This document shows, in pieces, positions 25,687 through 35,389 of a DNA stretch of 64,000 nt (position 1 is its first letter; every line of letters begins with the position of its first letter). The stretch is from Patescibacteria group bacterium (GTDB taxonomy: Bacteria; Patescibacteriota; Patescibacteriia; Patescibacteriales; JBAZCA01), in NCBI GenBank assembly GCA_041671125.1, contig JBAZCA010000002.1, positions 42,634 to 106,633 on the forward strand. The letters run 5' to 3'. The notes under the pieces were generated by a model. The model did no database searches. It was given only the letters and a program-made list of their open reading frames with translations, and was not told the origin of the DNA. Position numbers and translations under genes: made by a program.

Positions 25687-26361
25687 ATGGAAAAAACCAT
25701 TAATCTTAAAGTTTTTAAAAGAGAAAAAATGAACGGCAAAGCCAAGGTAATCCGTAAGGCTGGCTATTTGCCGGCCGTGCTGTATGGCGCTAATCTGCCA
25801 ACCCGGATGCTTAAAGTCCTAAAAAGCGAGTTTGAAAAAGTTTATACGCAGGCCGGTGAGAATACCCTCCTTGAGCTATCTATTGATTCGGAAAAACCGG
25901 TGAGAGTGCTGATTTATGACGTTCAAAAAGAAGCTATTAAGGATCGCTTGAGCCACGTCGACTTTTTCCAGGTGGACATGAAGAAAAAGGTGGTTACAGA
26001 AATTCCTCTCGCTTTTGTCGGCGAATCTAAAGCCGTAAAAGAGCAGGGCGGATCATTAATCAAGAATCTTGATTCAATTGAGATTGAATGTCTTCCCGAC
26101 GACCTGGTTCATGAGATCCGCGTTGATATTTCCCGGATGGAGAGCCTTGAGGATTCCCTTAAAATAAGCGACATTGAACTGCCCAAAGGAATTAAGGCCT
26201 TGGCTGACGGCGAAATCATTGTCGCGAGCGTTGTGCCGCCTAAAGTTGAAGAAGAGCCGATAGCGCCGGTGAGTGTTGAAAACGTTGAGGTGGTTGGCAA
26301 GGGAAAAGAAGAGAAAGCTGAAGGTGAAGAGACAAAAGAAAAATCCTCAGAAAAGAAGTAA
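25687..26361 (+). CDS. rplY: 50S ribosomal protein L25/general stress protein Ctc with an acidic C-terminal extension
   Basis: N-terminus LKVFKREKMNGKAKVIRKAGYLPAVLYG. Confidence 0.85.
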   Translation: MEKTINLKVFKREKMNGKAKVIRKAGYLPAVLYGANLPTRMLKVLKSEFEKVYTQAGENTLLELSIDSEKPVRVLIYDVQKEAIKDRLSHVDFFQVDMKKKVVTEIPLAFVGESKAVKEQGGSLIKNLDSIEIECLPDDLVHEIRVDISRMESLEDSLKISDIELPKGIKALADGEIIVASVVPPKVEEEPIAPVSVENVEVVGKGKEEKAEGEETKEKSSEKK

Positions 26362-26371
26362 TAACTATAAG

Positions 26372-27454
26372 ATGTTAACAGAAGTAATGGGAGGATTAAA
26401 AAAAACATGGCCTTTTTTAGCTGGCGCGATTTTAATAATCGGCCTTGGATTTTTAGCCGGAGGCGAATTGCGAGCCAGGCTTTTTGAGGTAAATTTTTTT
26501 GAAAACCAGCCTGATCCGGGTGAGAACTTTTCGCCAAATAATGAAAATCAGGAAATTAAGTTTGTCCGGATAATTGACGGGGTAGAAGTTACTCCGGACA
26601 AAGAAAATCTGTTGCCAATCGCGGTGATGATTGAAAACCATCCTGATTCGCGACCGTCGGCCGGGCTCTCTCGTGCCAGCCTGGTTTACGAGGCTGAAGC
26701 TGAAGGCGGAATTACGAGATTCTTGGCCGTTTTTGCTGATACCGCGGACATCCCGAAAATCGGGCCTATCCGCAGCGCGCGGCCTTATTACGTCCGATGG
26801 GCCGGGGAGCTTCAGTCGCTTTACGTCCACTGCGGCGGCAGTCCCGAGGCGCTTCTTAAAATCAGTCGTGAAGATATTAATGACCTAAACGAATTTTATA
26901 ACGCCGGCAGTTTCTGGCGGGAACCGTCCCGACCGGCTCCGCACAATGTTTATACGTCCGGCGATAAGCTCGCGGAATATATTACGAGGAAAAAGATTGA
27001 AAATAAAGGGTCGGAAGAAATTGCGCCTTTTAAGTATAAAAAAGAGGCGCCCGAAGCCGACCGGCCGGAAAGCTCGGAGATTACCGTGTTTTTTAAAGGA
27101 AATGATTTTACAGCCGGTTGGAAATATGATAAGCTTAGAAACGATTACGCGAGAACCCAGACCGGGGAGGCTCAGTTGGATGAAGACCGGAGCGAAATCA
27201 GGGCGAAAAACGTCATTCTCCGTTTCGTCCAAAGCGCCATAATTGACGATTATGGGAGAAGGGAAATCACCGATATCGGTGAAGGCAAAGCCAAAGTCTG
27301 CTCCGATGGAAAATGCGCCGAGGCGGTTTGGAAAAAAGAAGACAAAAACTCAAAGACCGCGTATTTTAACGGCATGGGAGCTGAAATAGAGTTAAACGCC
27401 GGGATTACATGGGTAGAAGTCGTCCCGATCGGATACGCGGTGAAAATAGAATAA
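26372..27454 (+). CDS. DUF3048 (YerB-like) secreted or lipo-protein
   Basis: PIAVMIENHPDSRPSAGL...RSARPYYV matches the DUF3048 core. The start is chosen at MLTEV (26372) to avoid the 88 nt overlap with rplY in the track ORF. Confidence 0.7.
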   Translation: MLTEVMGGLKKTWPFLAGAILIIGLGFLAGGELRARLFEVNFFENQPDPGENFSPNNENQEIKFVRIIDGVEVTPDKENLLPIAVMIENHPDSRPSAGLSRASLVYEAEAEGGITRFLAVFADTADIPKIGPIRSARPYYVRWAGELQSLYVHCGGSPEALLKISREDINDLNEFYNAGSFWREPSRPAPHNVYTSGDKLAEYITRKKIENKGSEEIAPFKYKKEAPEADRPESSEITVFFKGNDFTAGWKYDKLRNDYARTQTGEAQLDEDRSEIRAKNVILRFVQSAIIDDYGRREITDIGEGKAKVCSDGKCAEAVWKKEDKNSKTAYFNGMGAEIELNAGITWVEVVPIGYAVKIE

Positions 27455-27456
27455 CA

Positions 27457-27615
27457 GAAATAATATTAATAAATGATCAATGATCAATGATCAATCAATT
27501 TTCAATTTTACAATTATCCAATTTTCGATCACGAGCGATCGGAAAAAATTAGATAATTGTATCTAATATAATCGGAATTGAAAATTTATTGTAAATTGTA
27601 AATTGTAAATTGATT
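27457..27615. repeat. palindromic short-tandem-repeat element (ATGATCAATG / CAATTTTCAAT / TGTAAATTG units)
   Basis: AATGATCAATGATCAATGATCAATCAATTTTCAATTTTACAATT ... GGAATTGAAAATTTATTGTAAATTGTAAATTGTAAATTG with the arms inverted. Lies between the DUF3048 gene and rpmG. Confidence 0.6.
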
Positions 27616-27619
27616 GAAT

Positions 27620-27775
27620 ATGTCCCAGGATAACATGATAAAAATGGAATGCGGAGAATGCAGGCGCGTAAATTATTTTTCCCGTAAAAATAAAAAAATT
27701 TTGAAAGAACGCCTGCAGTTAAAAAAGTTCTGCAAACATTGCGAAAAGCACACTCCCCACAAAGAAACCAAATAA
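27620..27775 (+). CDS. rpmG: 50S ribosomal protein L33
   Basis: The 51 aa product [51 protein letters not shown] has the L33 Cys4 and KNKK pattern. It is not in the ORF track because it is under 60 aa. Confidence 0.8.
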   Translation: MSQDNMIKMECGECRRVNYFSRKNKKILKERLQLKKFCKHCEKHTPHKETK

Positions 27776-27790
27776 CTGATTAACAAATAA

Positions 27791-28831
27791 TTGATATTTA
27801 TGGAAAAATCCATAATCCCCAGGGTTTTTCTTTTGCTGATACTGGCCGGAATCCTTTATCTTTGTTATACCGTTTTCCGGCCCATGCTTCCGGAAATTAT
27901 CGTTGCCGGTGTTCTGGCTTCAATTCTTTATCCGGTTTTTATGAAGCTTACGGCCCTCCTCGGTGGCCGGAAAAAAATTGCGGCTTTAATCATCTCTCTA
28001 GCCGTGACGCTTTTCGCTTTGGCGCCAATTGCCAATTTTATCGTTTACGCCGCACAGAAGCTTATTGAATCTTACTCGGATCTTTCGGTGTTCTTAAACG
28101 AAGACCGGCTTAACGCTCTAATCCACAGCCGCTATCTTTCGCGTTTTTCCTTTTCGGACGCGGCTCTGCAAGGCTATCTTTTTGAAGCGCTAAAAGGTGT
28201 AAATAACTGGATTTTTGCCGCCGCTTCCGGCCTCGTCAAGGGAACCACTAATTTTATTTTTTCCCTTGTACTTATTATCCTTTCTATGTTTTTCTTCCTC
28301 GTGGATGGCGAAGCCATGCTAAAAAGGGTTATGCGCTGGACGCCTCTGCCTAACAAGTACGACGAAAGTATCTTTAAAAAATTCAAGGATGTGAGCCTTT
28401 CAGCTATGGTTTCCACCTTTGTCATCAGTATTATGCAGGGCTTGCTTGGGGGCTTAGGGCTTTATATTACCGGCCTTCCGGCCTTTCTCGGCGGCACATT
28501 AATGGTCGTATTATCGCCATTGCCGTATATCGGTTCGGCCGCGGTCTGGTTTCCGGCGGCGTTTTACCTATTATTTACCGGCAATATTTGGCAGGGTATT
28601 TTTCTCCTAATCTGGGGTTTCGGGGTCATAAGCGTTATTGACAATATTATCAGAGCCTATATTATAAAGGGTAAAGCGCAAGTCCATCCGCTTTTTATCA
28701 TATTTTCCATTATCGGCGGCGTGGCGGCTTTTGGTTTTTGGGGCGTCATATTCGGGCCTTTAATTATTTCTGTGGCCGTTACCGTATTGCATATTTACGA
28801 ACTTGAATACGAAGACATATTGGAGAAATGA
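27791..28831 (+). CDS. AI-2E family (PerM/UPF0118) transporter
   Basis: 8-TM protein with a typical AI-2E N-terminus. Confidence 0.8.
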   Translation: MIFMEKSIIPRVFLLLILAGILYLCYTVFRPMLPEIIVAGVLASILYPVFMKLTALLGGRKKIAALIISLAVTLFALAPIANFIVYAAQKLIESYSDLSVFLNEDRLNALIHSRYLSRFSFSDAALQGYLFEALKGVNNWIFAAASGLVKGTTNFIFSLVLIILSMFFFLVDGEAMLKRVMRWTPLPNKYDESIFKKFKDVSLSAMVSTFVISIMQGLLGGLGLYITGLPAFLGGTLMVVLSPLPYIGSAAVWFPAAFYLLFTGNIWQGIFLLIWGFGVISVIDNIIRAYIIKGKAQVHPLFIIFSIIGGVAAFGFWGVIFGPLIISVAVTVLHIYELEYEDILEK

Positions 28832-28834
28832 ACT

Positions 28835-28907
28835 GCGGGTGTCGGTTAATGGTAAACCACAGCTCTCCAAAAGCTGAACTGGGGGTTCGATTCCCTCCAC
28901 CCGTGCA
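28835..28907 (+). tRNA. tRNA-Trp (anticodon CCA)
   Basis: Cloverleaf found by hand: acceptor GCGGGTG/CACCCGT, D stem GGTT/AACC, anticodon stem CAGCT/AGCTG with loop CTCCAAA, and T arm GGGGG-TTCGATT-CCCTC. It begins 4 nt after the upstream stop. Confidence 0.7.
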
Positions 28908-28930
28908 AGTTTTAAAATCCCCCATAATAT

Positions 28931-28963
28931 TCACATTTTTTCCAAAATGGTGTATAATGTAAG
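28931..28963 (+). promoter_or_regulatory. strong sigma70-like promoter upstream of the hup leader
   Basis: TTCACA, a 17 nt spacer, then TG-extended TATAAT (TGGTGTATAAT). It sits about 310 nt upstream of the hup ATG. Confidence 0.35.
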
Positions 28964-29273
28964 CATAAGCTCCTTTAGCCAATTTAAGATAATGAGATGG
29001 TTTCAAAACTCCTTTTGCTGTGAGTTGTCCTTTTTGCCCGATACTTCGTCTCGCTGGCGCGAAATGATTTTCAGCGTAGCCCTGCTGCGCCTCACAAATC
29101 ATAACGCTCGCTTTCCTCGTCTCGGACGAAAAGCCCTAACTCTCGCTTAAAAGCAGTTTTAAAACCATCTCAATTTAATATTATTAAAACGGGCTGGTTT
29201 ATCGCGTGTTGTCCGGCTTGATTTCCCAGGATTAGCCGGAGAAAAGCAAAAATTACAGCCTGTTGAAGCAATT

Positions 29274-29555
29274 ATGGCAAAACTGACTAAGTCCCAGATT
29301 TTGGAGGCAATGGCTAACCAGACCGGGATGTCAAAAAAAGAAGTTGGTAACTTCATGGACAAATTTACCGAATTGGCGTTAAGCGAAGTCAAGAAGAACG
29401 GTGAATTTGTAGTTCCGGGAATCGGCAAACTGGTAAAAGTCCAGCGGGCCGCTCGCGTCGGTCGCAATCCGGCCACTGGTGCATCCATAAATATTCCGGC
29501 AAAAACTGTTGTAAAATTCAGAGTGGCCAAAGCCGCCAAAGAGGCAGTTTTATAA
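29274..29555 (+). CDS. hup: DNA-binding protein HU
   Basis: 93 aa HU/IHF fold (GIGKLVKVQRAARVGRNPATG). Confidence 0.9.
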   Translation: MAKLTKSQILEAMANQTGMSKKEVGNFMDKFTELALSEVKKNGEFVVPGIGKLVKVQRAARVGRNPATGASINIPAKTVVKFRVAKAAKEAVL

Positions 29556-29565
29556 GCTAAACTCA

Positions 29566-29600
29566 AAAAATCCCCGTTTTTCCAAAACGGGGATTTTTAT
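29566..29600 (+). terminator. rho-independent terminator
   Basis: AAAAATCCCCGTTTT tcc AAAACGGGGATTTTTATT. Confidence 0.8.
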
Positions 29601-29675
29601 TGAAGCAAAACTTACGTGATGGCGCGTTTTTTTGCTTAAACTTTATTTAATCTAAATCCTTATAAAGATGGTCTT

Positions 29676-30392
29676 ATGCCGGTAATCAGCGTAGTTATTC
29701 CTCTATACAATCAAGCCTCTGAACTTGATACTGTCCTTAAAAGCCTTATAGGGCAGTCATTTCGCGACTTTGAGGTAATAGTCGTTGATGACGCTTCAAA
29801 GGACAACCCTGATGAGGCGTTTTTGATCTGGAAAGATAAATTTAATAGAGCGGAGATTGGCTTTCTTTTAATCAAGCATGAAAGAAATCTTGGCGCGCCA
29901 GCTGCCCGTAATGCGGGTTTTCGGGCTTCAACAGGAAAGTATTTGTTTTTCTGCGACGCTGACGCTCGGCTGGAAAAAGACGCTTTGGAAATTTTTATTG
30001 AGACGCTTCTTAAAAATCCCGGAGCCGCCTTTGCCTATTCATCATTTAAATTCGGCCGGAAAATTTTCCGTCTTTTCCCGTTTAGCGAAGAAAAATTAAA
30101 GGAAATGCCTTACATCCATACCATGTCCCTTATCAGGCGGGAAGATTTTCCCGGTTTCGATGAATCCCTTAAAAAATTTCAGGATTGGGATTTATGGCTT
30201 AACATCACCGGAAAAGGGAGAATAGGTATTTTTATTGACCGGGTTCTTTTCCGGGTTAAGCCTGGCGGAACCATGTCTTCCTGGCTGCCATCTTTCGCTT
30301 ATAAGCTCATGCCCTTTCTTCCGGCCGTCAAAAGATACAATAGAGCCCTGAAAATTATTAAAAAAAAATACGGGCTTGGTAAAAGCCGGTAA
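29676..30392 (+). CDS. family-2 glycosyltransferase
   Basis: VVIPLYN...VIVVDDAS...DAD GT-A motifs. Confidence 0.8.
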   Translation: MPVISVVIPLYNQASELDTVLKSLIGQSFRDFEVIVVDDASKDNPDEAFLIWKDKFNRAEIGFLLIKHERNLGAPAARNAGFRASTGKYLFFCDADARLEKDALEIFIETLLKNPGAAFAYSSFKFGRKIFRLFPFSEEKLKEMPYIHTMSLIRREDFPGFDESLKKFQDWDLWLNITGKGRIGIFIDRVLFRVKPGGTMSSWLPSFAYKLMPFLPAVKRYNRALKIIKKKYGLGKSR

Positions 30393-30425
30393 TAAGGCGA
30401 AAGCGATCTGAATGTTTCATAATCT

Positions 30426-30731
30426 CTAATATCCAACCGTATCGGCGCAGGATTCTTTCTTATGCGCTTGATTTGCCATAATTTGATTAAACTTAGTTAT
30501 GTCTACCGTCTCAATAGTTACCATGCTCCGTAAAATAAGTATCTGGTCGGAATTATAAATAGTTTTATAGATGTTTTCGTAAATGAAGCAGGAAAGCTGA
30601 AATAGAGCCGTAATTCCGAGAATGGCGGTTACGGCGTAAAATGATATTAGGATATTTTTTGGGTTGCGAAAAAATTGCATTTGTTTATTGGTTCCGCTTA
30701 ATGGCGGAGATTTTTTTAAAAAAGGCTCCAA
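30426..30731 (-). CDS. small membrane protein (possible PilP-like or T4P accessory)
   Basis: Single TM. It is the last gene of the pilus operon. Confidence 0.35.
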   Translation of the reverse strand: MEPFLKKSPPLSGTNKQMQFFRNPKNILISFYAVTAILGITALFQLSCFIYENIYKTIYNSDQILILRSMVTIETVDITKFNQIMANQAHKKESCADTVGY

Positions 30732-31270
30732 TAAGTTAAAGCTTTAAGCGATAGATCGTACAGCCCGCCGTAATGGCCGGAAGAGAGCTCCAGTCCGGTA
30801 ATATTTATGTAATAATCCGAAGACTCTAAATCCGCAAGATAGCTGATGATGTCGTCATACTTTCCGGTGAGATGGACGTAAAGATTGGCTACGCCGGCCT
30901 CACCGTCTTTTTGGCCTTTTTTGTCTTCAAGGTTAATTTCCTGGGAAAGGGAATTCTTGGCCGCGAACCATTCAAGGCGGGTTATAAATTCCAGTTCACG
31001 ATTTTTGTCAATGAAAACATTGGTCATTTTAGCCATTTCCGCCTCTATTTTATTAAGGCTTAAGGAAATTTTTTTTGATTGCTGTGCCTTAAAATATTTT
31101 TTTTCAAGGTCAAAACGCTGGAATTCTATTTTATCTTTAATTATTTTAATTTTATTTATGGCCGGCAGGTCAATAAAAACAAAAATAAACGCACTGGAAA
31201 GGCAAAAAATACCGAAAATCAACAAAATTTTCCAGCGGTAATCATTTTTTCTAGGCTTAAAAGCGAACAT
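30716..31270 (-). CDS. pilO: PilO-like type IV pilus assembly protein
   Basis: N-terminal TM plus a coiled coil, positioned after pilN. Confidence 0.5.
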   Translation of the reverse strand: MFAFKPRKNDYRWKILLIFGIFCLSSAFIFVFIDLPAINKIKIIKDKIEFQRFDLEKKYFKAQQSKKISLSLNKIEAEMAKMTNVFIDKNRELEFITRLEWFAAKNSLSQEINLEDKKGQKDGEAGVANLYVHLTGKYDDIISYLADLESSDYYINITGLELSSGHYGGLYDLSLKALTYWSLF

Positions 31271-31276
31271 ATGGCT

Positions 31277-31849
31277 TTAAAATTTATCCGTAATAACCGA
31301 AGCGGATATTTCAAAATTTATTTCTTCCCGGGTGAGGAGGTTTTTCAAAGGAAGGTTAATTTCAGCTAATAAGCCGCTTTTTTCAAGCTTTTCCTTAAAA
31401 TCCAGAAGCTGATCCCTTGTTTTTGATTTTCCTCTGATTATGACTGATGTTTTTTCCCGGTTAAAAATGATCTGATCAAGCGTGATATCGGGTCCGGATA
31501 AATTTTTTAGGCTTTTCATGAAGCAGGACAAACGAATAAAATTTTCCTGGGTTTGGCTTATATAATCAAGAATAGAATTTATTTTATTGATGCGGGAGTT
31601 ATAACTTTGGGCGTTTTTTGTAATAAGGGTAGTCTGATCAACCACATCATCAAACTTATTTAATATCAGAAGGCGGGAAAGAAGAAGGGTTATGGAATAT
31701 AGAATAACAATAAATAAAAGAGTAAACGCAGTTTTTTTAATAATCCCGTAAATGCGCCTCAGCTTAATTTCTTTTTTCAAGTTTTCGGAAACCAGGTTTA
31801 ATTTTATCATATAATTCACCGGATTCAGCCCGCCGGTTAATTTTTTCAA
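31277..31849 (-). CDS. pilN: PilN-like type IV pilus assembly protein
   Basis: Short cytoplasmic N-terminus, one TM and a periplasmic domain. It overlaps pilM by 4 nt. Confidence 0.55.
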   Translation of the reverse strand: MKKLTGGLNPVNYMIKLNLVSENLKKEIKLRRIYGIIKKTAFTLLFIVILYSITLLLSRLLILNKFDDVVDQTTLITKNAQSYNSRINKINSILDYISQTQENFIRLSCFMKSLKNLSGPDITLDQIIFNREKTSVIIRGKSKTRDQLLDFKEKLEKSGLLAEINLPLKNLLTREEINFEISASVITDKF

Positions 31850-32994
31850 AGGTCATTTACGAATAAATCCCGCAGGGCAAGGCCGAGAGCCGTGGCGTAT
31901 GACCGTTCCTGGCCGGATAAGAAAGTTTTAAGAGGCTGTCCGGATTTTTTCTTTTCTTCGGATTGGCAGTCTTTTAAGTATTTGTCAATAAATATTCTCG
32001 GGAAGTTTTTGTGGTCGGCTTCTAAATTCATAAAAGGGTTTCCCAGCGAGACGCCAATGCCGAGGCTACTTCTTAAAAGCATGGGCAGCTCTTTGATATT
32101 CGCGCCGCCTCCGCTCAAAATCACCTTGTTTATCGCCCCTCGTTCCGGATAACGGGTATAGAAAAAATCAAGCCCTTCCTTAATTTTCTCTGTAAGTTTT
32201 TTCAGCTCCTCGGAAAGAATATTTTTTACCGCGCCTTCGGCTTTATTGCTGTCTAGCCCGCAGATGATTTTGGCTTTTTCCGCTTGATCGCGGCTTAATT
32301 TGATTTTTAACGCTATGGTTTCGGTTACTTCTTCGCCCGAGAAAGGCAGGCTTATGGAAAAAAGAATGGAATTAACAGAATAAATCGTAAGGCTGGCGTG
32401 CTTGGCGCCGATATCAATAATGCAGTAATTATTTTTTTCCCGGGCCACCGGCTTCAGGCCTTCTTCCAAAAGAAGAGCGCGACAGATGCTCACCGGCTCA
32501 ATTTCAAGAGCGATAACCGAAAGCTTCAGCCTGTCAAGTATTCCGGTAAATTTATCCACGACCATTTTTGGGGCGGCGCCGATCAAAATCAGGTTGGTGT
32601 CAATTTTTTGTTCGATTAACTGATAATCATAATAAAGGTCATTAATGGAAAAAGGAATTTCCCTTTCGATTTCTTCCTTGATGGCGTCTTCAATGCGATT
32701 CTTTTTTTCAGCAGAAATCAGTTTAATAAAAGTCTGGGATTCGGGAAGGCAGGCTATCACTTCATCCGAGTCAACCTTACCGTATTCCGGGCAGGAGATG
32801 AGCTTTTCAATCTCTTTAATTAGTTTTTCCTCGTTTTTTATCTCGCCGTTCTCCATGACTTTAGTTCCGAGTTCGACCCGGCCGAAGGCGTTAATTTTTA
32901 TTTTATCTCTTATCCTCGTAAACTGAACCAGCTTTACCGTGAGGTCAGAGATATCCAGACCGATGGGATAAACGGCTTTAGGGGAGAAAAACAT
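31846..32994 (-). CDS. pilM: type IV pilus assembly ATPase-like protein PilM (actin-like)
   Basis: PilM/FtsA-like actin fold (IGLDISDLTVKLV..., DIGAKHASL...). Confidence 0.8.
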   Translation of the reverse strand: MFFSPKAVYPIGLDISDLTVKLVQFTRIRDKIKINAFGRVELGTKVMENGEIKNEEKLIKEIEKLISCPEYGKVDSDEVIACLPESQTFIKLISAEKKNRIEDAIKEEIEREIPFSINDLYYDYQLIEQKIDTNLILIGAAPKMVVDKFTGILDRLKLSVIALEIEPVSICRALLLEEGLKPVAREKNNYCIIDIGAKHASLTIYSVNSILFSISLPFSGEEVTETIALKIKLSRDQAEKAKIICGLDSNKAEGAVKNILSEELKKLTEKIKEGLDFFYTRYPERGAINKVILSGGGANIKELPMLLRSSLGIGVSLGNPFMNLEADHKNFPRIFIDKYLKDCQSEEKKKSGQPLKTFLSGQERSYATALGLALRDLFVNDL

Positions 32995-33077
32995 AGAGAA
33001 TTTAGTAAAGTTAAAAAATTACAAGGATTTAACTCTCGACTTTTATAAAGTTGTATAATTAAGTTGATTATATCATA

Positions 33078-34343
33078 TTAATACTCTTCTTCCCAATGTT
33101 CAACCGTGATTACCGGGGAAAATTCACCGCCGGCGCCGTTCAACTCAAGAATGTTATTTTGGTTGAATATTATATTTATCGGCTTCCCGCAACTTAAAAT
33201 AGATAATTTTCTTCCAATCGCGGCGCCGGTAATGTTAAAATCGTTTGTTTGGAACAAAGTGAAACTGTCAATATTAAATTGATCATTGGCGTAAACGAGT
33301 CCATTAATATTAATGTCGCCGGCGTCAGAGTCAAAATTAACTTTTCTTTTTGCCAGAATTCCGGAGCCGGCTCCATCGGCATGATTTACCGTAACATCGC
33401 TCTTGCCGCAACGGCTAGGATGCTGGCGACAGTCATTTTCTCCGACCGTGAAATCCCTTCCCGCTACTAATATGCCATTAACAATAAGATTCTGGGCGCC
33501 GTATACGTCAATATCGCCGGTAACATAAGTAATCGGGCCGGGCAGGGTAAGGTTTTGGTTATTTTTCATCAGCGTGTCAAACTGGGCTGAAGTATAGGTA
33601 ACGGTGGCCCGGTTTTTCAGGGAGTTTAGATCATCCGAGTCAAAATCAATAGCCGGCATGGCGATTGCTTCCGCGGCCGGGGAATAAGGATTATTATGGG
33701 CATGTATCGCGCCGCCGACATTAACCGTGGAAAACCAGGATTCATTAAAATTTCCCGTGGCATTAAGGTCATGACTTGCATTAACCAAACTTAGCAGAGT
33801 TATAAGTATGTTGCCGTTTGAGTGGACATTTCCGTTGGAAAAATTTACCCGGCTCGCGGTTATGTCAATATTCCCGTCGGCGTAGCCGGAAGTGTCAAAG
33901 TTTATTCCTTCGCCCATGGCTTTAAATACCGTGGTTTTAACTATCCTTTGGCTCGTTTTTCCGCCGCCGATATCAACCAGTCCGGTTGAAATTATTTCTC
34001 CGTGCGCAAAGGCCGAATTAGAAATCGTAACGGTATATGAACCCGTGCCGGTTCCGAAAGGGTCTGTTCGCGTAAAAGACGCGATCCAGGCCGGGTTAAT
34101 TTCAAAACTGTTTTTATAGCTTTCGTCGTTCTTAAGCTTAAAGACCATATCGGCGATGCCGGCCTCGGCGAGGTAATAAGTATTTACGCCGGAGACCTGG
34201 TTTTTGGAAATCCTTTTTTCGGTAAGGCTGAAATTGAGATAATAGATGGCTAAAAATAAGATGACCATGGTTAAAAGCACGGTAAGGATCAGAGCCGCGC
34301 CCTTATTGTTTGACATTATATTTTTATCCGAATAGTTAAGCAT
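33078..34343 (-). CDS. PilX-like large minor pilin or tip-associated protein
   Basis: The PilX_N-like hydrophobic N-terminus KGAALILTVLLTMVILFLAI lacks Glu5. It is followed by a roughly 380 aa Asn/Gly/Thr-rich beta-rich domain. Confidence 0.5.
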   Translation of the reverse strand: MLNYSDKNIMSNNKGAALILTVLLTMVILFLAIYYLNFSLTEKRISKNQVSGVNTYYLAEAGIADMVFKLKNDESYKNSFEINPAWIASFTRTDPFGTGTGSYTVTISNSAFAHGEIISTGLVDIGGGKTSQRIVKTTVFKAMGEGINFDTSGYADGNIDITASRVNFSNGNVHSNGNILITLLSLVNASHDLNATGNFNESWFSTVNVGGAIHAHNNPYSPAAEAIAMPAIDFDSDDLNSLKNRATVTYTSAQFDTLMKNNQNLTLPGPITYVTGDIDVYGAQNLIVNGILVAGRDFTVGENDCRQHPSRCGKSDVTVNHADGAGSGILAKRKVNFDSDAGDININGLVYANDQFNIDSFTLFQTNDFNITGAAIGRKLSILSCGKPINIIFNQNNILELNGAGGEFSPVITVEHWEEEY

Positions 34344-34352
34344 GCTAAAGAA

Positions 34353-34946
34353 TTACTCATTCCGGCTGTAAACGCTGATCGTTACGTCCAGCGAACGCCC
34401 GTTTTTTAAGAGCCGGGGATTGATATTAACGAGCCCTCCTGATCCGTAAAACCTTAAACTTTCAAAATATTCGCCGATTATCTCATCGGAAAAAGTTTCC
34501 ATAAGCGGCGAATTACCGAATTCGTCGGTCGTTTCGGGGGGAACATAAATTTCGCGGCTGTCCTCAAAATAATAGCTGTAATGATGGCGCTTCAGACTGT
34601 TGTCCTGGAGATAGTAGCGGATATAAGTAATCACGTCCGGAGTGTGTCCGTCCCGGATGATGAATTCGGAAACAGGGGGATTTAGCGGGTCGTCAGCTGT
34701 TGGCGGAAGGACGGTTACGATGCTCTCCGACTGGCGGATTTCCCTTGTAATGCGGTCAACCGAAACCCGGGCGTTCTGGGTTAATTCGCCTTCTGAAGCG
34801 CCTTTCTTGTACGCGCGCTGGGCCAGGAGATAACTCTCGCCGGTCATGACCATTAAGAAAGAAAAAAGAAAAATCGCCACTAGGATTTCCATTGTCGTAA
34901 AACCCTTGCCGCCCGTCCGCGCGTTGTTATTATTTTTTTGCGCCAT
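34353..34946 (-). CDS. prepilin-type minor pilin
   Basis: KGFTTMEILVAIF class III signal (G-1, E+5). Confidence 0.7.
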   Translation of the reverse strand: MAQKNNNNARTGGKGFTTMEILVAIFLFSFLMVMTGESYLLAQRAYKKGASEGELTQNARVSVDRITREIRQSESIVTVLPPTADDPLNPPVSEFIIRDGHTPDVITYIRYYLQDNSLKRHHYSYYFEDSREIYVPPETTDEFGNSPLMETFSDEIIGEYFESLRFYGSGGLVNINPRLLKNGRSLDVTISVYSRNE

Positions 34947-34960
34947 ACGCTTATTGCTTT

Positions 34961-35389
34961 TTACCTTTGAGCGATTAGAGTGGAAACAGAATAACTTTTT
35001 TCGCCTTTAAAAAGCGCGTCAGTGTAATAAACGGTTACCGTGATTTTAATCAGGCCAGTATCAGCGGCGGAAATAGCCAGGTTGCCATCAACGAACCAGC
35101 TTTCAGTCCGACGCTGGAAATTATAGAGGTAGTTGTTTTGATTTTCCGAAAGACGGTGTTTTTCTTCAATCACCCCGGGAATTATGGCCTCGTAGGAAAG
35201 CGAATGAAGTTCTTCAATCTTTGATTGAGCCAGAAACGAAGCCAGAGTGGCGTTTTCCGCTTCCCGGTTTATTGAAAGCCCTAAAGGGAAAGACTGCATG
35301 ATGCCGGTAAAAGCCAGTGCCACCACCATCATGGAAACCATAATTTCAAGGATAGTAATGCCTTTTTGGTTAGTCTTTAAGTTCAACAT
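34961..35389 (-). CDS. prepilin-type minor pilin
   Basis: KGITILEIMVSMMV prepilin motif. The start is moved to the internal Met at 35389 to limit overlap with the upstream gene. Confidence 0.65.
   Translation of the reverse strand: MLNLKTNQKGITILEIMVSMMVVALAFTGIMQSFPLGLSINREAENATLASFLAQSKIEELHSLSYEAIIPGVIEEKHRLSENQNNYLYNFQRRTESWFVDGNLAISAADTGLIKITVTVYYTDALFKGEKSYSVSTLIAQR

Noticed and set aside
28835-28907. The GGGGGTTCGATTCC...CCACC 3' end considered as a tmRNA (ssrA) tRNA-like domain
   Set aside because: The 73 nt fold into a complete canonical tRNA with a CCA anticodon. No resume-codon/tag ORF or pseudoknot region is adjacent.
28779-29102. 107-aa minus-strand ORF overlapping tRNA-Trp and the hup leader
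   Set aside because: It overlaps a well-folded tRNA on the opposite strand, has no RBS or homology, and has an unusual composition. It was treated as spurious.
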